Part shown: in pieces, positions 10,901 through 24,500 of the stretch
Layout of the letters: each line of letters begins with the position of its first letter
Numbering within the stretch: the stretch's first letter is position 1
From: Eledone cirrhosa
Taxonomy: Eukaryota
Length of the DNA: 56,000 nucleotides
Reading direction: 5' to 3'
NCBI GenBank assembly: GCA_964016885.1
Contig: CAXHJY010000360.1
Location: 1 to 56,000 of the forward strand
Made by a program: the position numbers and the translations under genes
Notes under the pieces: model-generated
The model's database searches: none
What the model was told of the DNA's origin: nothing
What the model saw: only the letters and a program-made list of their open reading frames with translations

Positions 10901-13900
10901 CTGGCTGGAAATTATCTCCCCTTGGAGGCTGGAATTTATCTCCCCTTGGACGGCTAGAAATTACCTCTCCTTGGACGGCTGGAAAATATGTCCTTGGGCG
11001 GCTGGATATTATCTACCCTGGGACGGCTGGAAATTATCTCCCCTTGGACGGCTGGAAATTATCTCCCCTTGGACGGCTAGATATTACCTCCCCTTGGACG
11101 GCTGGAAATTATCTCCCCTTGATTTTTTTTACAAATTATCTCCCCCTGATTTTTTTTACAAATCTCCCAATGATTTTTTAAAAAAAATTATCTCCCCTTC
11201 GCTGGCTGGAAATTATCTCCCCTTGGACACTGGAAATTATAGCCCCTTGGAGGGCTGGAAATTATCTTCCCTTGGACGGCTGGAAATTATCTCCCCTTGA
11301 TTTTTTTTACAAATTATCTCCCCCTGATTTTTTTTTACAAATTATCTCCCCCTGATTTTTTTTTACAAATTATCTCCGCCTGATTTTTTTTTAAATTATC
11401 TCCCCTTGGACGGCTGGAAATTATCTCCCCCTGATTATTTTTTACAAATTATCTCCCCCTGATTTTTTTTGCAAATTATCTCCCCCTGATTTTTTTACAA
11501 ATTATCTCCATTTGGCTGGCTGGAAATTATCTCCCCTTGGAGGCTGGAATTTATCTCCCCTTGGACGGCTAGAAATTACCTCTCCTTGGACGGCTGGAAA
11601 ATATGTCTCCTTGGACGGCTGGAAATTATCTCCCCTTGGACGGCTGGAAATTATCTCCCCTTGGACGGCTGGAAATTATCTCTCCTCGGACGGTTAGAAA
11701 TTACCTCTCTTTGGACGGCTGAAAATTATCTCCCCTTGGACGGCTGGAAATTATCTCCCCTTGATTTTTTTTACAAATTATCTCCCCCTGATTTTTTTTT
11801 ACAAATTATCTCCCCCTGATTTTTTTTACAAATTATCTCCCCCTGATTTTTTTTTACAAATTATCTCCCTGATATTTTTTACAAATTATCTCCCCCTGAT
11901 TTTTTTACAAATTATCTCCCCTTGGCTGGCTGGAAATTATCTCCCCTTGGAGGCTGGAATTTATCTCCCCTTGGACGGCTAGAAATTACCTCGCCTTGGA
12001 CGGCTGGAAAATATGTCTCCTTGGACGGCTGGAAATTATCTCCCCTTGGACGGCTGGAAATTATCTCCCCTTGGACGGCTGGAAATTATCTCCCCTTGGA
12101 CGGCTAGATATTACCTCCCCTTGGACGGCTGGAAATTATCTCGCCTTGATTTTTTTTACAAATTATCTCCCCCTGATTTTTTTTTACAAATTATCTCCCC
12201 CTGATTTTTTTTTACGAATTATCTCCCCCTGATTTTTTTTTACAAATTATCTCCGCCTGATTTTTAAAAAAAAATTATCTCCCCTTGGACGGCTGGAAAT
12301 TATCTCCCCTTGGACGGCTGGAAATTATCTCCCCTTGAACGGCTAGAAATTACCTCTCCTTGGACGGCTGAAAATTATCTCCCCTTGGACGGCTGCAAAT
12401 TATCTCCCCTTGATTTTTTAAACAAATTATCTCCCCCTGATTTTTTTTTACAAATTATCTCCCCCTGATTTTTTTTTACAAATTATCTACGCCTAATTTT
12501 TTTTACAAATTATCTCCCCCTGATTTTTTTTTACAAATTATCTCCCCCTGATTTTGTTTACAAATTATCTCCCCCTGATTTTTTTTACAAATTATCTCCG
12601 CCTGATTTTTTAAAAAAAATTATCTCCCCTTGGACGGCTGGAAATTATCTCCCCTTGGACGGCTGGAAATTATCTCCCCTTGGACGGCTAGAAATTACCT
12701 CTCCTTGGACGACTGAAAATTATCTCCCCTTGGACGGCTGCAAATTATCTCCCCTTGATTTTTTTTACAAATTATCTCCGCCTGATTTTTTTTTTTAAAT
12801 TATCTCCCCTTGGACGGCTGGAAATTACCTCCCCTTGGACGGCTGGAAATTATCTCCCCTTGGACGGCTAGAAATTACCTCTCCTTGGACGGCTGAAAAT
12901 TATCTCCCCTTGGACGGCTGGAAATTATCTCCCCTTGATTTTTTTTACAAATTATCTCCCCCTCATTTTTTTTTACAAATTAACTCCCCCTGATTTTTTT
13001 TTTACAAATTATCTCCGCCTCATTTTTTTTTAAAATTATCTCTCCTTGGACGGCTGGATATTATCTCCCCTTGATTTTTTTTACAAATTATCTCCCCCTG
13101 ATTTTTTTTTACAAATTATCTCCCCCTGATTTTTTTTTACAAATTATCTACCCCTGATTTCTTTTTACAAATTATCTCCCCATGATTTTTTTTACAAATT
13201 ATCTCCCCCTGATTTTTTTTACAAATTATCTCCCGCTGATTTTTTTACAAATTATCTCCCCCTGATTTTTTTTACAAATTATCTCCCCCTGATTTTTTTA
13301 CAAATTATCTCCCCCCTGATTTTTTTTACAATCTCCGCCTGATTTTTTTAAATATTATCTTCCCTTGGCTGGCGGGAAATTATCTCCCCTTGGACGGCTG
13401 GAAATTATCTCCCCTTGAATTTTTTTACAAATTATCTCCCCCTGATTATTTTTTACAAATTATCTCCCCCTGATTTTTTTACAAATTATCTCCCCCCTGA
13501 TTTTTTTTACAATCTCCGCCTGATTTTTTTAAAAATTATCTTCCCTTGGCTGGCGGGAAATTATCTCCCCTTGGACGGCTGGAAATTATATCCCCTTGGA
13601 AGGATGGAAATTATCTCCCCTTGGACGGCTGGAAATTATATCCCCTTGGACGGCTGGAAATTATCTCCCCTTGGACGGCTGGATATTATCTCCCCTTTCA
13701 TTTTTTTTACAAATTATCTCCCCCTGATTTTTTTTTACAAATTATCTCCCCCTGATATTTGTTTACAAATTATCTACCCCTGATTTTTTTTTACAAATTA
13801 TCTCCCCCTGATTTTTTTTACAAATTATCTCCCCCTGATTTTTTTTTTACAAATTATCTCCCCCTGATTTTTTTACAAATTATCTCCCCCTGATTTTTTT

Positions 13901-14870
13901 TACAAATTATCTCCGCCTGATTTTTTTAAATATTATCTTCCCTTGGCTGGCGGGAAATTATCTCCCCTTGGACGGCTGAAAATTATCTCCCCTTGGACGG
14001 CTGGAAATTATCTCCCCTTGATTTTTTTTACAAATTATCTCCCCCTGATTTTTTTTTACAAATTATCTCCCCCTGATTTTTTTTACAAATTATCTCCCCC
14101 TGATTTTTTTTTACAAATTATCTCCCTGATATTTTTTACAAATTATCTCCCCCTGATTTTTTTACAAATTATCTCCACTTGGCTGGCTGGAAATTATCTC
14201 CCCTTGGAGGCTGGAATTTATCTCCCCTTGGACGGCTAGAAATTACCTCGCCTTGGACGGCTGGAAAATATGTCTCCTTGGAAGGCTGGAAATTATCTCC
14301 CCTTGGACGGCTGGAAATTATCTCTCCATGATTTTTTTTACAAATTATCTCCCCCTGATTTTTTTTTACAAATTATCTCCCCCTGATTTTGTTTACAAAT
14401 TATCTCCCAATGATTTTTTTTACAAATTATCTCCGCCTGATTTTTTAAAAAAAATTATCTCCCCTTGGACGGCTGGAAATTATCTCCCCTTGGACGGCTG
14501 GCAATTATCTCCCCTTGGACGGCTAGAAATTACCTCTCCTTGGACGACTGAAAATTATCTTCCCTTGGACGGCTGCAAATTATCTCCCCTTGATTTTTTT
14601 TACAAATTATCTCCGCCTGATTTTTTTTTTTAAATTATCTCCCCTTGGACGGCTGGAAATTACCTCCCCTTGGACGGCTGGAAATTATCTCCCCTTGGAC
14701 GGCTAGAAATTACCTCTCCTTGGACGGCTGAAAATTATCTCCCCTTGGACGGCTGGAAATTATCTCCCCTTGATTTTTTTTACAAATTATCTCCCCCTGA
14801 TTTTTTTTTACAAATTATCTCCCCCTGATTTTTTTTTACAAATTATCTACCCCTGATTTTTTTTTACAAA
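7460..14870. repeat. Diverged relative of the ~7.0-kb HOR
   Basis: Same module order as 34.6-42 kb: 8144/35325, 8778/35959 and 9652/36833 (27,181); 11512/38681; 13546/40664 and 14253/41371 (27,118). Shared markers: CTCGGACGGTTAG, GGACACTGG, TACGAATT, AAATTAACTC. Confidence 0.88.
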
Positions 14871-15370
14871 TTATCTCCCCCTGATTTTGTTTACAAATTA
14901 TCTCCCCCTGATTTTTTTTACAAATTATCTCCGCCTGATTTTTTTAAAAAAATTATCTCCCCTTGGACGGCTGGAAATTATCTCCCCTTGGACGGCTGGC
15001 AATTATCTCCCCTTGGACGGCTAGAAATTACCTCTCCTTGGACGACTGAAAATTATCTCCCCTTGGACGGCTGCAAATTATCTCCCCTTGATTTTTTTTA
15101 CAAATTATCTCCGCCTGATTTTTTTTTTAAAATTATCTCCCCTTGGACGGCTGGAAATTACCTCCCCTTGGACGGCTGGAAATTATCTCCCCTTGGACGG
15201 CTAGAAATTACCTCTCCTTGGACGGCTGAAAATTATCTCCCCTTGGACGGCTGGAAATTATCTCCCCTTGATTTTTTTTACAAATTATCTCCCCCTGATT
15301 TTTTTTTACAAATTATCTCCCCCTGATTTTTTTTTACAAATTATCTACCCCTGATTTTTTTTTACAAATT
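14330..15370. repeat. Local 498-bp tandem duplication
   Basis: The marker GATTTTGTTTAC has its internal G at 14391 and 14889, each followed by the same GGCTGGCAATT / GGACGACTG / GGCTGCAAA module. Confidence 0.9.
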
Positions 15371-16924
15371 ATCTCCCCATGATTTTTTTTACAAATTATC
15401 TCCCCCTGATTTTTTTTACAAATTATCTCCCCCTGATTTTTTACAAATTATCTCCCCCTGATTTTTTTTACAAATTATCTCCGCCTAATTTTTTTAAATA
15501 TTATCTTCCCTTGGCTGGCGGGAAATTATCTCCCCTTGGACGGCTGGAAATTATATCCCCTTGGAAGGATGGAAATTATCTCCCCTTGGACGGCTGGAAA
15601 TTATCTCCCCTTGGACGGCTGGAAATTATCTCCCCTTGGACGGCTGGATATTATCTCCCCTTTCATTTTTTTTACAAATTATCTCCCCCTGATTTTTTTT
15701 ACAAATTATCTCCCCCTGATTTTTTTTTACAATTCATCTACCCCTGATTTTTTTTTACAAATTATCTCCCCCTGATTTTTTTTACAAATTATCTCCCCCT
15801 GATTTTTTTTTTACAAATTATCTCCCCCTGATTTTTTTACAAATTATCTCCCCCTGATTTTTTTTACAAATTATCTCCGCCTGATTTTTTTAAATATTAT
15901 CTTCCCTTGGCTGGCGGGAAATTATCTCCCCTTGGACGGCTGAAAATTATCTCCCCTTGGACGGCTGGAAATTATCTCCCCTTGATTTTTTTTACAAATT
16001 ATCTCCCCCTGATTTTTTTTTACAAATTATCTCCCCCTGATTTTTTTTACAAATTATCTCCCCCTGATTTTTTTACAAATTATCTCCCCTTGGCTGGCTG
16101 GAAATTATCTCACCTTGGAGGCTGGAATTTATCTCCCCTTGGACGGCTAGAAATTACCTCTCCTTGGACGGCTGGAAAATATGTCCTTGGACGGCTGGAT
16201 ATTATCTACCCTTGGACGGCTGGAAATTATCTCCCCTTGGACGGCTGGAAATTATCACCCCTTGGACGGCTAGATATTACCTCCCCTTGGACGGCTGGAA
16301 ATTATCTCCCCTTGATTTTTTTTACAAATTATCTCCCCCTGATTTTTTTACAAATCTCCCAATGATTTTTTAAAAAAAATTATCTCCCCTTCGCTGGCTG
16401 GAAATTATCTCCCCTTGGACGCTGGAAATTATAGCCCCTTGGAGGGCTGGAAATTATCTTCCCTTGGACGGCTGGAAATTATCTCCCCTTGACTTTTTTT
16501 ACAAATTATCTCCCCCTGATTTTTTTTTACAAATTATCTCCCCCTGATTTTTTTTACAAATTATCTCCCCCTGATTTTTTTTACAAATTATCTCCCCCTG
16601 ATTTCTTTACAAATTATCTCCCCCTGATTTTTTTTACAAATTATCTCCCCTTGGCTGGCTGGAAATTATCTCCCCTTGGAGGCTGGAATTTATCTCCCCT
16701 TGGACGGCTAGGAATTACCTCTCCTTGGACGGCTGGAAAATATGTCTCCTTGGACGGCTGGAAATTATCTCCCCTTGGACGGCTGGAAATTATCTCCCCT
16801 TGGACGGCTGGAAATTATCTCTCCTTGGACGGCTAGAAATTACCTCTCCTTGGACGGCTGAAAATTATCTCCCCTTGGACGGCTGGAAATTATATCCCCT
16901 TGGAAGGATGGAAATTATCTCCCC

Positions 16925-19900
16925 TTGGACGGCTGGAAATTATATCCCCTTGGAAGGATGGAAATTATCTCCCCTTGGACGGCTGGAAATTATCTCCCCT
17001 TGGACGGCTGGAAATTATCTCCCCTTGGACGGCTGGATATTATCTCCCCTTTCATTTTTTTTACAAATTATCTCCCCCTGATTTTTTTTTACAAATTATC
17101 TCCCCCTGATTTTTTTTTACAAATTATCTACCCCTGATTTTTTTTTACAAATTATCTCCCCCTGATTTTTTTTACAAATTATCTCCCCCTGATTTTTTTT
17201 TTTACAAATTATCTCCCCCTGATTTTTTTACAAATTATCTCCCCCTGATTTTTTTTACAAATTATCTCCGCCTGATTTTTTTGAATATTATCTTCCCTTG
17301 GCTGGCGGGAAATTATCTCCCCTTGGACGGCTGAAAATTATCTCCCCTTGGACGGCTGGAAATTATCTCCCCTTGATTTTTTTTACAAATTATCTCCCCC
17401 TGATTTTTTTTTAAATTATCTCTCCTTGGACGGCTGGAAATTATCTCCCCTTGATTTTTTTTACAAATTATCTCCCCCTGATTTTTTTTTACAAATTATC
17501 TCCCCCTGATTTTTTTTTACAAATTATCTACCCCTGATTTTTTTTTACAAATTATCTCCCCCTGATTTTTTTTACAAATTATCTCCCCCTGATTTTTTTT
17601 TACAAATTATCTCCGCCTGATTTTTTTTTAAATTATCTCTCCTTGGACGGCTGGAAATTATCTCCCCTTGATTTTTTTTACAAATTATCTCCCCCTGATT
17701 TTTTTTTACAAATTATCTCCCCCTGATTTTTTTTTACAAATTATCTACCCCTGATTTTTTTTTACAAATTATCTCCCCCTGATTTTTTTTGCAAATTTTC
17801 TCCCCCTGATTTTTTTTTACAAATTATCTCCCCCTGATTTTTTTTTACAAATTATCTCCCCCTGATTTTTTTTACAAATTATCTCCCCCTGATTTTTTTA
17901 CAAATTATCTCCCCTTGGCTGGCTGGAAATTATCTCCCCTTGGAGGCTGGAATTTATCTCCCCTTGGACGGCTAGAAATTACCTCTCCTTGGACGGCTGG
18001 AAAATATGTCCTTGGACGGCTGGATATTATCTACCCTTGGACGGCTGGAAATTATCTCCCCTTGGACGGCTAGAAATTACCTCTCCTTGGACGGCTGGAA
18101 AATATGTCCTTGGGCGGCTGGATATTATCTACCCATGGACGGCTGGAAATTATCTCCCGTTGGACGGCTGGAAATTATCTCCCCTTAGACGGCTAGATAT
18201 TACCTCCCCTTGGACGGCTGGAAATTATCTCCCCTTGATTTTTTTTACAAATTATCTCCCCCTGATTTTTTTTACAAATCTCCCAATGATTTTTAAAAAA
18301 AAATTATCTCCCCTTCGCTGGCTGGAAATTATCTCCCCTTGGACGCTGGAAATTATAGCCCCTTGGAGGGCTGGAAATTATCTTCCCTTGGACGGCTGGA
18401 AATTATCTCCCCTTGATTTTTTTTACAAATTATCTCCCCCTGATTTTTTTTTACAAATTATCTCCCCCTGATTTTTTTTTACAAATTATCTACCCCTGAT
18501 TTTTTTTTACAAATTATCTCCCCCTGATTTTTTTTGCAAATTATCTCCCCCTGATTTTTTTTTACAAATTGTCTCCCCCTGATTTTTTTTTACAAATTAT
18601 CTGCCCCTGATTTTTTTTACAAATTATCTCCCCCTGATTTTTTTACAAATTATCTCCCCTTGGCTGGCTGGAAATTATCTCCCCTTGGAGGCTGGAATTT
18701 ATCTCCCCTTGGACGGCTAGAAATTACCTCTCCTTGGACGGCTGGAAAATATGTCCTTGGACGGCTGGATATTATCTACCCTTGGACGGCTGTAATTATC
18801 TCCCCTTGGACGGCTAGAAATTACCTCTCCTTGGACGGCTGGAAAATATGTCCTTGGGCGGCTGGATATTATCTACCCATGGACGGCTGGAAATTATCTC
18901 CCGTTGGACGGCTGGAAATTATCTCCCCTTGGACGGCTAGATATTACCTCCCCTTGGACGGCTGGAAATTATCTCCCCTTGATTTTTTTTTACAAATTAT
19001 CTCCCCCTGATTATTTTTTACAAATTATCTCCCCCTGATTTTTTTTTACAAATTATCTCCCCCTGATTTTTTTACAAATTATCTCCCCCCTGATTTTTTT
19101 TACAATCTCCGCCTGATTTTTTTAAAAATTATCTTCCCTTGGCTGGCGGGAAATTATCTCCCCTTGGACGGCTGGAAATTATATCCCCTTGGAAGGATGG
19201 AAATTATCTCCCCTTGGACGGCTGGAAATTATCTCCCCTTGGACGGCTGGAAATTATCTCCCCTTGGACGGCTGGATATTATCTCCCCTTTCATTTTTTT
19301 TACAAATTATCTCCCCCTGATTTTTTTTTACAAATTATCTCCCCCTGATTTTTTTTTACAAATTATCTACCCCTGATTTTTTTTTACAAATTATCTCCCC
19401 CTGATTTTTTTTACAAATTATCTCCCCCTGATTTTTTTTTTTACAAATTATCTCCCCCTGATTTTTTTACAAATTATCTCCCCCTGATTTTTTTTACAAA
19501 TTATCTCCGCCTGATTTTTTTGAATATTATCTTCCCTTGGCTGGCGGGAAATTATCTCCCCTTGGACGGCTGAAAATTATCTCCCCTTGGACGGCTGGAA
19601 ATTATCTCCCCTTGATTTTTTTTACAAATTATCTCCCCCTGATTTTTTTTTAAATTATCTCTCCTTGGACGGCTGGAAATTATCTCCCCTTGATTTTTTT
19701 TACAAATTATCTCCCCCTGATTTTTTTTTACAAATTATCTCCCCCTGATTTTTTTTTACAAATTATCTACCCCTGATTTTTTTTTACAAATTATCTCCCC
19801 CTGATTTTTTTTACAAATTATCTCCCCCTGATTTTTTTTTACAAATTATCTCCGCCTGATTTTTTTTTAAATTATCTCTCCTTGGACGGCTGGAAATTAT

Positions 19901-21570
19901 CTCCCCTTGATTTTTTTTACAAATTATCTCCCCCTGATTTTTTTTTACAAATTATCTCCCCCTGATTTTTTTTTACAAATTATCTACCCCTGATTTTTTT
20001 TTACAAATTATCTCCCCCTGATTTTTTTTGCAAATTTTCTCCCCCTGATTTTTTTTTACAAATTATCTCCCCCTGATTTTTTTTTACAAATTATCTCCCC
20101 CTGATTTTTTTTACAAATTATCTCCCCCTGATTTTTTTACAAATTATCTCCCCTTGGCTGGCTGGAAATTATCTCCCCTTGGAGGCTGGAATTTATCTCC
20201 CCTTGGACGGCTAGAAATTACCTCTCCTTGGACGGCTGGAAAATATGTCCTTGGACGGCTGGATATTATCTACCCTTGGACGGCTGGAAATTATCTCCCC
20301 TTGGACGGCTAGAAATTACCTCTCCTTGGACGGCTGGAAAATATGTCCTTGGGCGGCTGGATATTATCTACCCATGGACGGCTGGAAATTATCTCCCGTT
20401 GGACGGCTGGAAATTATCTCCCCTTAGACGGCTAGATATTACCTCCCCTTGGACGGCTGGAAATTATCTCCCCTTGATTTTTTTTACAAATTATCTCCCC
20501 CTGATTTTTTTTACAAATCTCCCAATGATTTTTAAAAAAAAATTATCTCCCCTTCGCTGGCTGGAAATTATCTCCCCTTGGACGCTGGAAATTATAGCCC
20601 CTTGGAGGGCTGGAAATTATCTTCCCTTGGACGGCTGGAAATTATCTCCCCTTGATTTTTTTTACAAATTATCTCCCCCTGATTTTTTTTTACAAATTAT
20701 CTCCCCCTGATTTTTTTTTACAAATTATCTACCCCTGATTTTTTTTTACAAATTATCTCCCCCTGATTTTTTTTGCAAATTATCTCCCCCTGATTTTTTT
20801 TTACAAATTATCTCCCCCTGATTTTTTTTTACAAATTATCTCCCCCTGATTTTTTTTACAAATTATCTCCCCCTGATTTTTTTACAAATTATCTCCCCTT
20901 GGCTGGCTGGAAATTATCTCCCCTTGGAGGCTGGAATTTATCTCCCCTTGGACGGCTAGAAATTACCTCTCCTTGGACGGCTGGAAAATATGTCCTTGGA
21001 CGGCTGGATATTATCTACCCTTGGACGGCTGTAATTATCTCCCCTTGGACGGCTAGAAATTACCTCTCCTTGGAGGGCTGGAAAATATGTCCTTGGGCGG
21101 CTGGATATTATCTACCCATGGACGGCTGGAAATTATCTCCCGTTGGACGGCTGGAAATTATCTCCCCTTGGACGGCTAGATATTACCTCCCCTTGGACGG
21201 CTGGAAATTATCTCCCCTTGATTTTTTTTTACAAATTATCTCCCCCTGATTATTTTTTACAAATTATCTCCCCCTGATTTTTTTTTACAAATTATCTCCC
21301 CCTGATTTTTTTACAAATTATCTCCCCCCTGATTTTTTTTACAATCTCCGCCTGATTTTTTTAAAAATTATCTTCCCTTGGCTGGCGGGAAATTATCTCC
21401 CCTTGGACGGCTGGAAATTATATCCCCTTGGAAGGATGGAAATTATCTCCCCTTGGACGGCTGGAAATTATCTCCCCTTGGACGGCTGGAAATTATCTCC
21501 CCTTGGACGGCTGGATATTATCTCCCCTTTCATTTTTTTTACAAATTATCTCCCCCTGATTTTTTTTACA
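16925..21570. repeat. ~2,239-bp higher-order repeat, two full copies plus a partial (right instance)
   Basis: Offsets 16925/19164/21403, 17989/20228, 18660/20899 and 19139/21378 are all 2,239. Confidence 0.94.
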
Positions 21571-24500
21571 AATTATCTCCCCCTGATTTTTTTTTACAAT
21601 TTATCTACCCCTGATTTTTTTTTACAAATTATCTCCCCCTGATTTTTTTTACAAATTATCTCCCCCTGATTTTTTTTTTACAAATTATCTCCCCCTGATT
21701 TTTTTACAAATTATCTCCCCCTGATTTTTTTTACAAATTATCTCCGCCTGATTTTTTTAAATATTATCTTCCCTTGGCTGGCGGGAAATTATCTCCCCTT
21801 GGACGGCTGGAAATTATCTCCCCTTGATTTTTTTTACAAATTATCTCCCCCTGATTTTTTTTTACAAATTATCTCCCCCTGATTTTTTTTACAAATTATC
21901 TCCCCCTGATTTTTTTTTACAAATTATCTCCCCCTGATTTTTTTACAAATTATCTCCCCCTGATTTTTTTACAAATTATCTCCCCTTGGCTGGCTGGAAA
22001 TTATCTCACCTTGGAGGCTGGAATTTATCTCCCCTTGGACGGCTAGAAATTACCTCTCCTTGGACGGCTGGAAAATATGTCCTTGGACGGCTGGATATTA
22101 TCTACCCTTGGACGGCTGGAAATTATCTCCCCTTGGACGGCTGGAAATTATCTCCCCTTGGACGGCTAGATATTACCTCCCCTTGGACGGCTGGAAATTA
22201 TCTCCCCTTGATTTTTTTTACAAATTATCTCCCCCTGATTTTTTTTACAAATCTCTCAATGATTTTTTAAAAAAAATTATCTCCCCTTCGCTGGCTGGAA
22301 ATTATCTCCCCTTGGACGCTGGAAATTATAGCCCCTTGGAGGGCTGGAAATTATCTTCCCTTGGACGGCTGGAAATTATCTCCCCTTGATTTTTTTTACA
22401 AATTATCTCCCCCTGATTTTTTTTTACAAATTATCTCCCCCTGATTTTTTTTACAAATTATCTCCCCCTGATTTTTTTTACAAATTATCTCCCCCTGATT
22501 TTTTTACAAATTATCTCCCCCTGATTTTTTTTACAAATTATCTCCGCCTAATTTTTTTAAATATTATCTTCCCTTGGCTGGCGGGAAATTATCTCCCCTT
22601 GGACGGCTGAAAATTATCTCCCCTTGGACGGCTGGAAATTATCTCCCCTTGATTTTTTTTACAAATTATCTCCCCCTGATTATTTTTTACAAATTATCTA
22701 CCCCTGATTTTTTTTTACAAATTATCTCCCCCTGATTTTTTTTACAAATTATCTCCCCCTGATTTTTTTTACAAATTATCTCCCCTTGGCTGGCTGGAAA
22801 TTATCTCCCCTTGGAGGCTGGAATTTATCTCCCCTTGGACGGCTAGGAATTACCTCTCCTTGGACGGCTGGAAAATATGTCTCCTTGGACGGCTGGAAAT
22901 TATCTCCCCTTGGACGGCTGGAAATTATCTCCCCTTGGACGGCTGGAAATTATCTCTCCTTGGACGGCTAGAAATTACCTCTCCTTGGACGGCTGAAAAT
23001 TATCTCCCCTTGGACGGCTGGAAATTATATCCCCTTGGAAGGATGGAAATTATCTCCCCTTGGACGGCTGGAAATTATATCCCCTTGGAAGGATGGAAAT
23101 TATCTCCCCTTGGACGGCTGGAAATTATCTCCCCTTGGACGGCTGGAAATTATCTCCCCTTGGACGGCTGGATATTATCTCCCCTTTCATTTTTTTTACA
23201 AGTTATCTCCCCCTGATTTTTTTTTACAAATTATCTCCCCCTGATTTTTTTTTACAAATTATCTACCCCTGATTTTTTTTTACAAATTATCTCCCCCTGA
23301 TTTTTTTTAAAAATTATCTCCCCCTGATTTTTTTTTTTACAAATTATCTCCCCCTGATTTTTTTACAAATTATCTCCCCCTGATTTTTTTTACAAATTAT
23401 CTCCGTCTGATTTTTTTGAATATTATCTTCCCTTGGCTGGCGGGAAATTATCTCCCCTTGGACGGCTGAAAATTATCTCCCCTTGGACGGCTGGAAATTA
23501 TCTCCCCTTGATTTTTTTTACAAATTATCTCCCCCTGATTTTTTTTTACAAATTATCTCCCCCTGATTTTTTTTTACAAATTATCTCCGCCTGATTTTTT
23601 TTTAAATTATCTCTCCTTGGACGGCTGGAAATTATCTCCCCTTGATTTTTTTTACAAATTATCTCCTCCTGATTTTTTTTACAAATTATCTCCCCCTGAT
23701 TTTTTTTTACAAATTATCTCCCCCTGATTTTTTTTTACAAATTATCTCCCCCTGATTTTTTTTTACAAATTATCTCCGCCTGATTTTTTTTAAAATTATC
23801 TCTCCTTGGACGGCTGGAAATTATCTCCCCTTGATTTTTTTTACAAATTATCTCCCCCTGATTTTTTTTTACAAATTATCTCCCCCTGATTTTTTTTTAC
23901 AAATTATCTACCCCTGATTTTTTTTTACAAATTATCTCCCCCTGATTTTTTTTGCAAATTATCTCCCCCTGATTTTTTTTTACAAATTATCTCCCCCTGA
24001 TTTTTTTTTACAAATTATCTCCCCCTGATTTTTTTTACAAATTATCTCCCCTTGGCTGGCTGGAAATTATCTCCCCTTGGAGGCTGGAATTTATCTCCCC
24101 TTGGACGGCTAGAAATTACCTCTCCTTGGACGGCTGGAAAATATGTCCTTGGACGGCTGGATATTATCTACCCTTGGACGGCTGTAATTATCTCCCCTTG
24201 GACGGCTAGAAATTACCTCTCCTTGGAGGGCTGGAAAATATGTCCTTGGGCGGCTGGATATTATCTACCCATGGACGGCTGGAAATTATCTCCCGTTGGA
24301 CGGCTGGAAATTATCTCCCCTTGGACGGCTAGATATTACCTCCCCTTGGACGGCTGGAAATTATCTCCCCTTGATTTTTTTTTACAAATTATCTCCCCCT
24401 GATTATTTTTTACAAATTATCTCCCCCTGATTTTTTTTTACAAATTATCTCCCCCTGATTTTTTTACAAATTATCTCCCCCCTGATTTTTTTTACAATCT

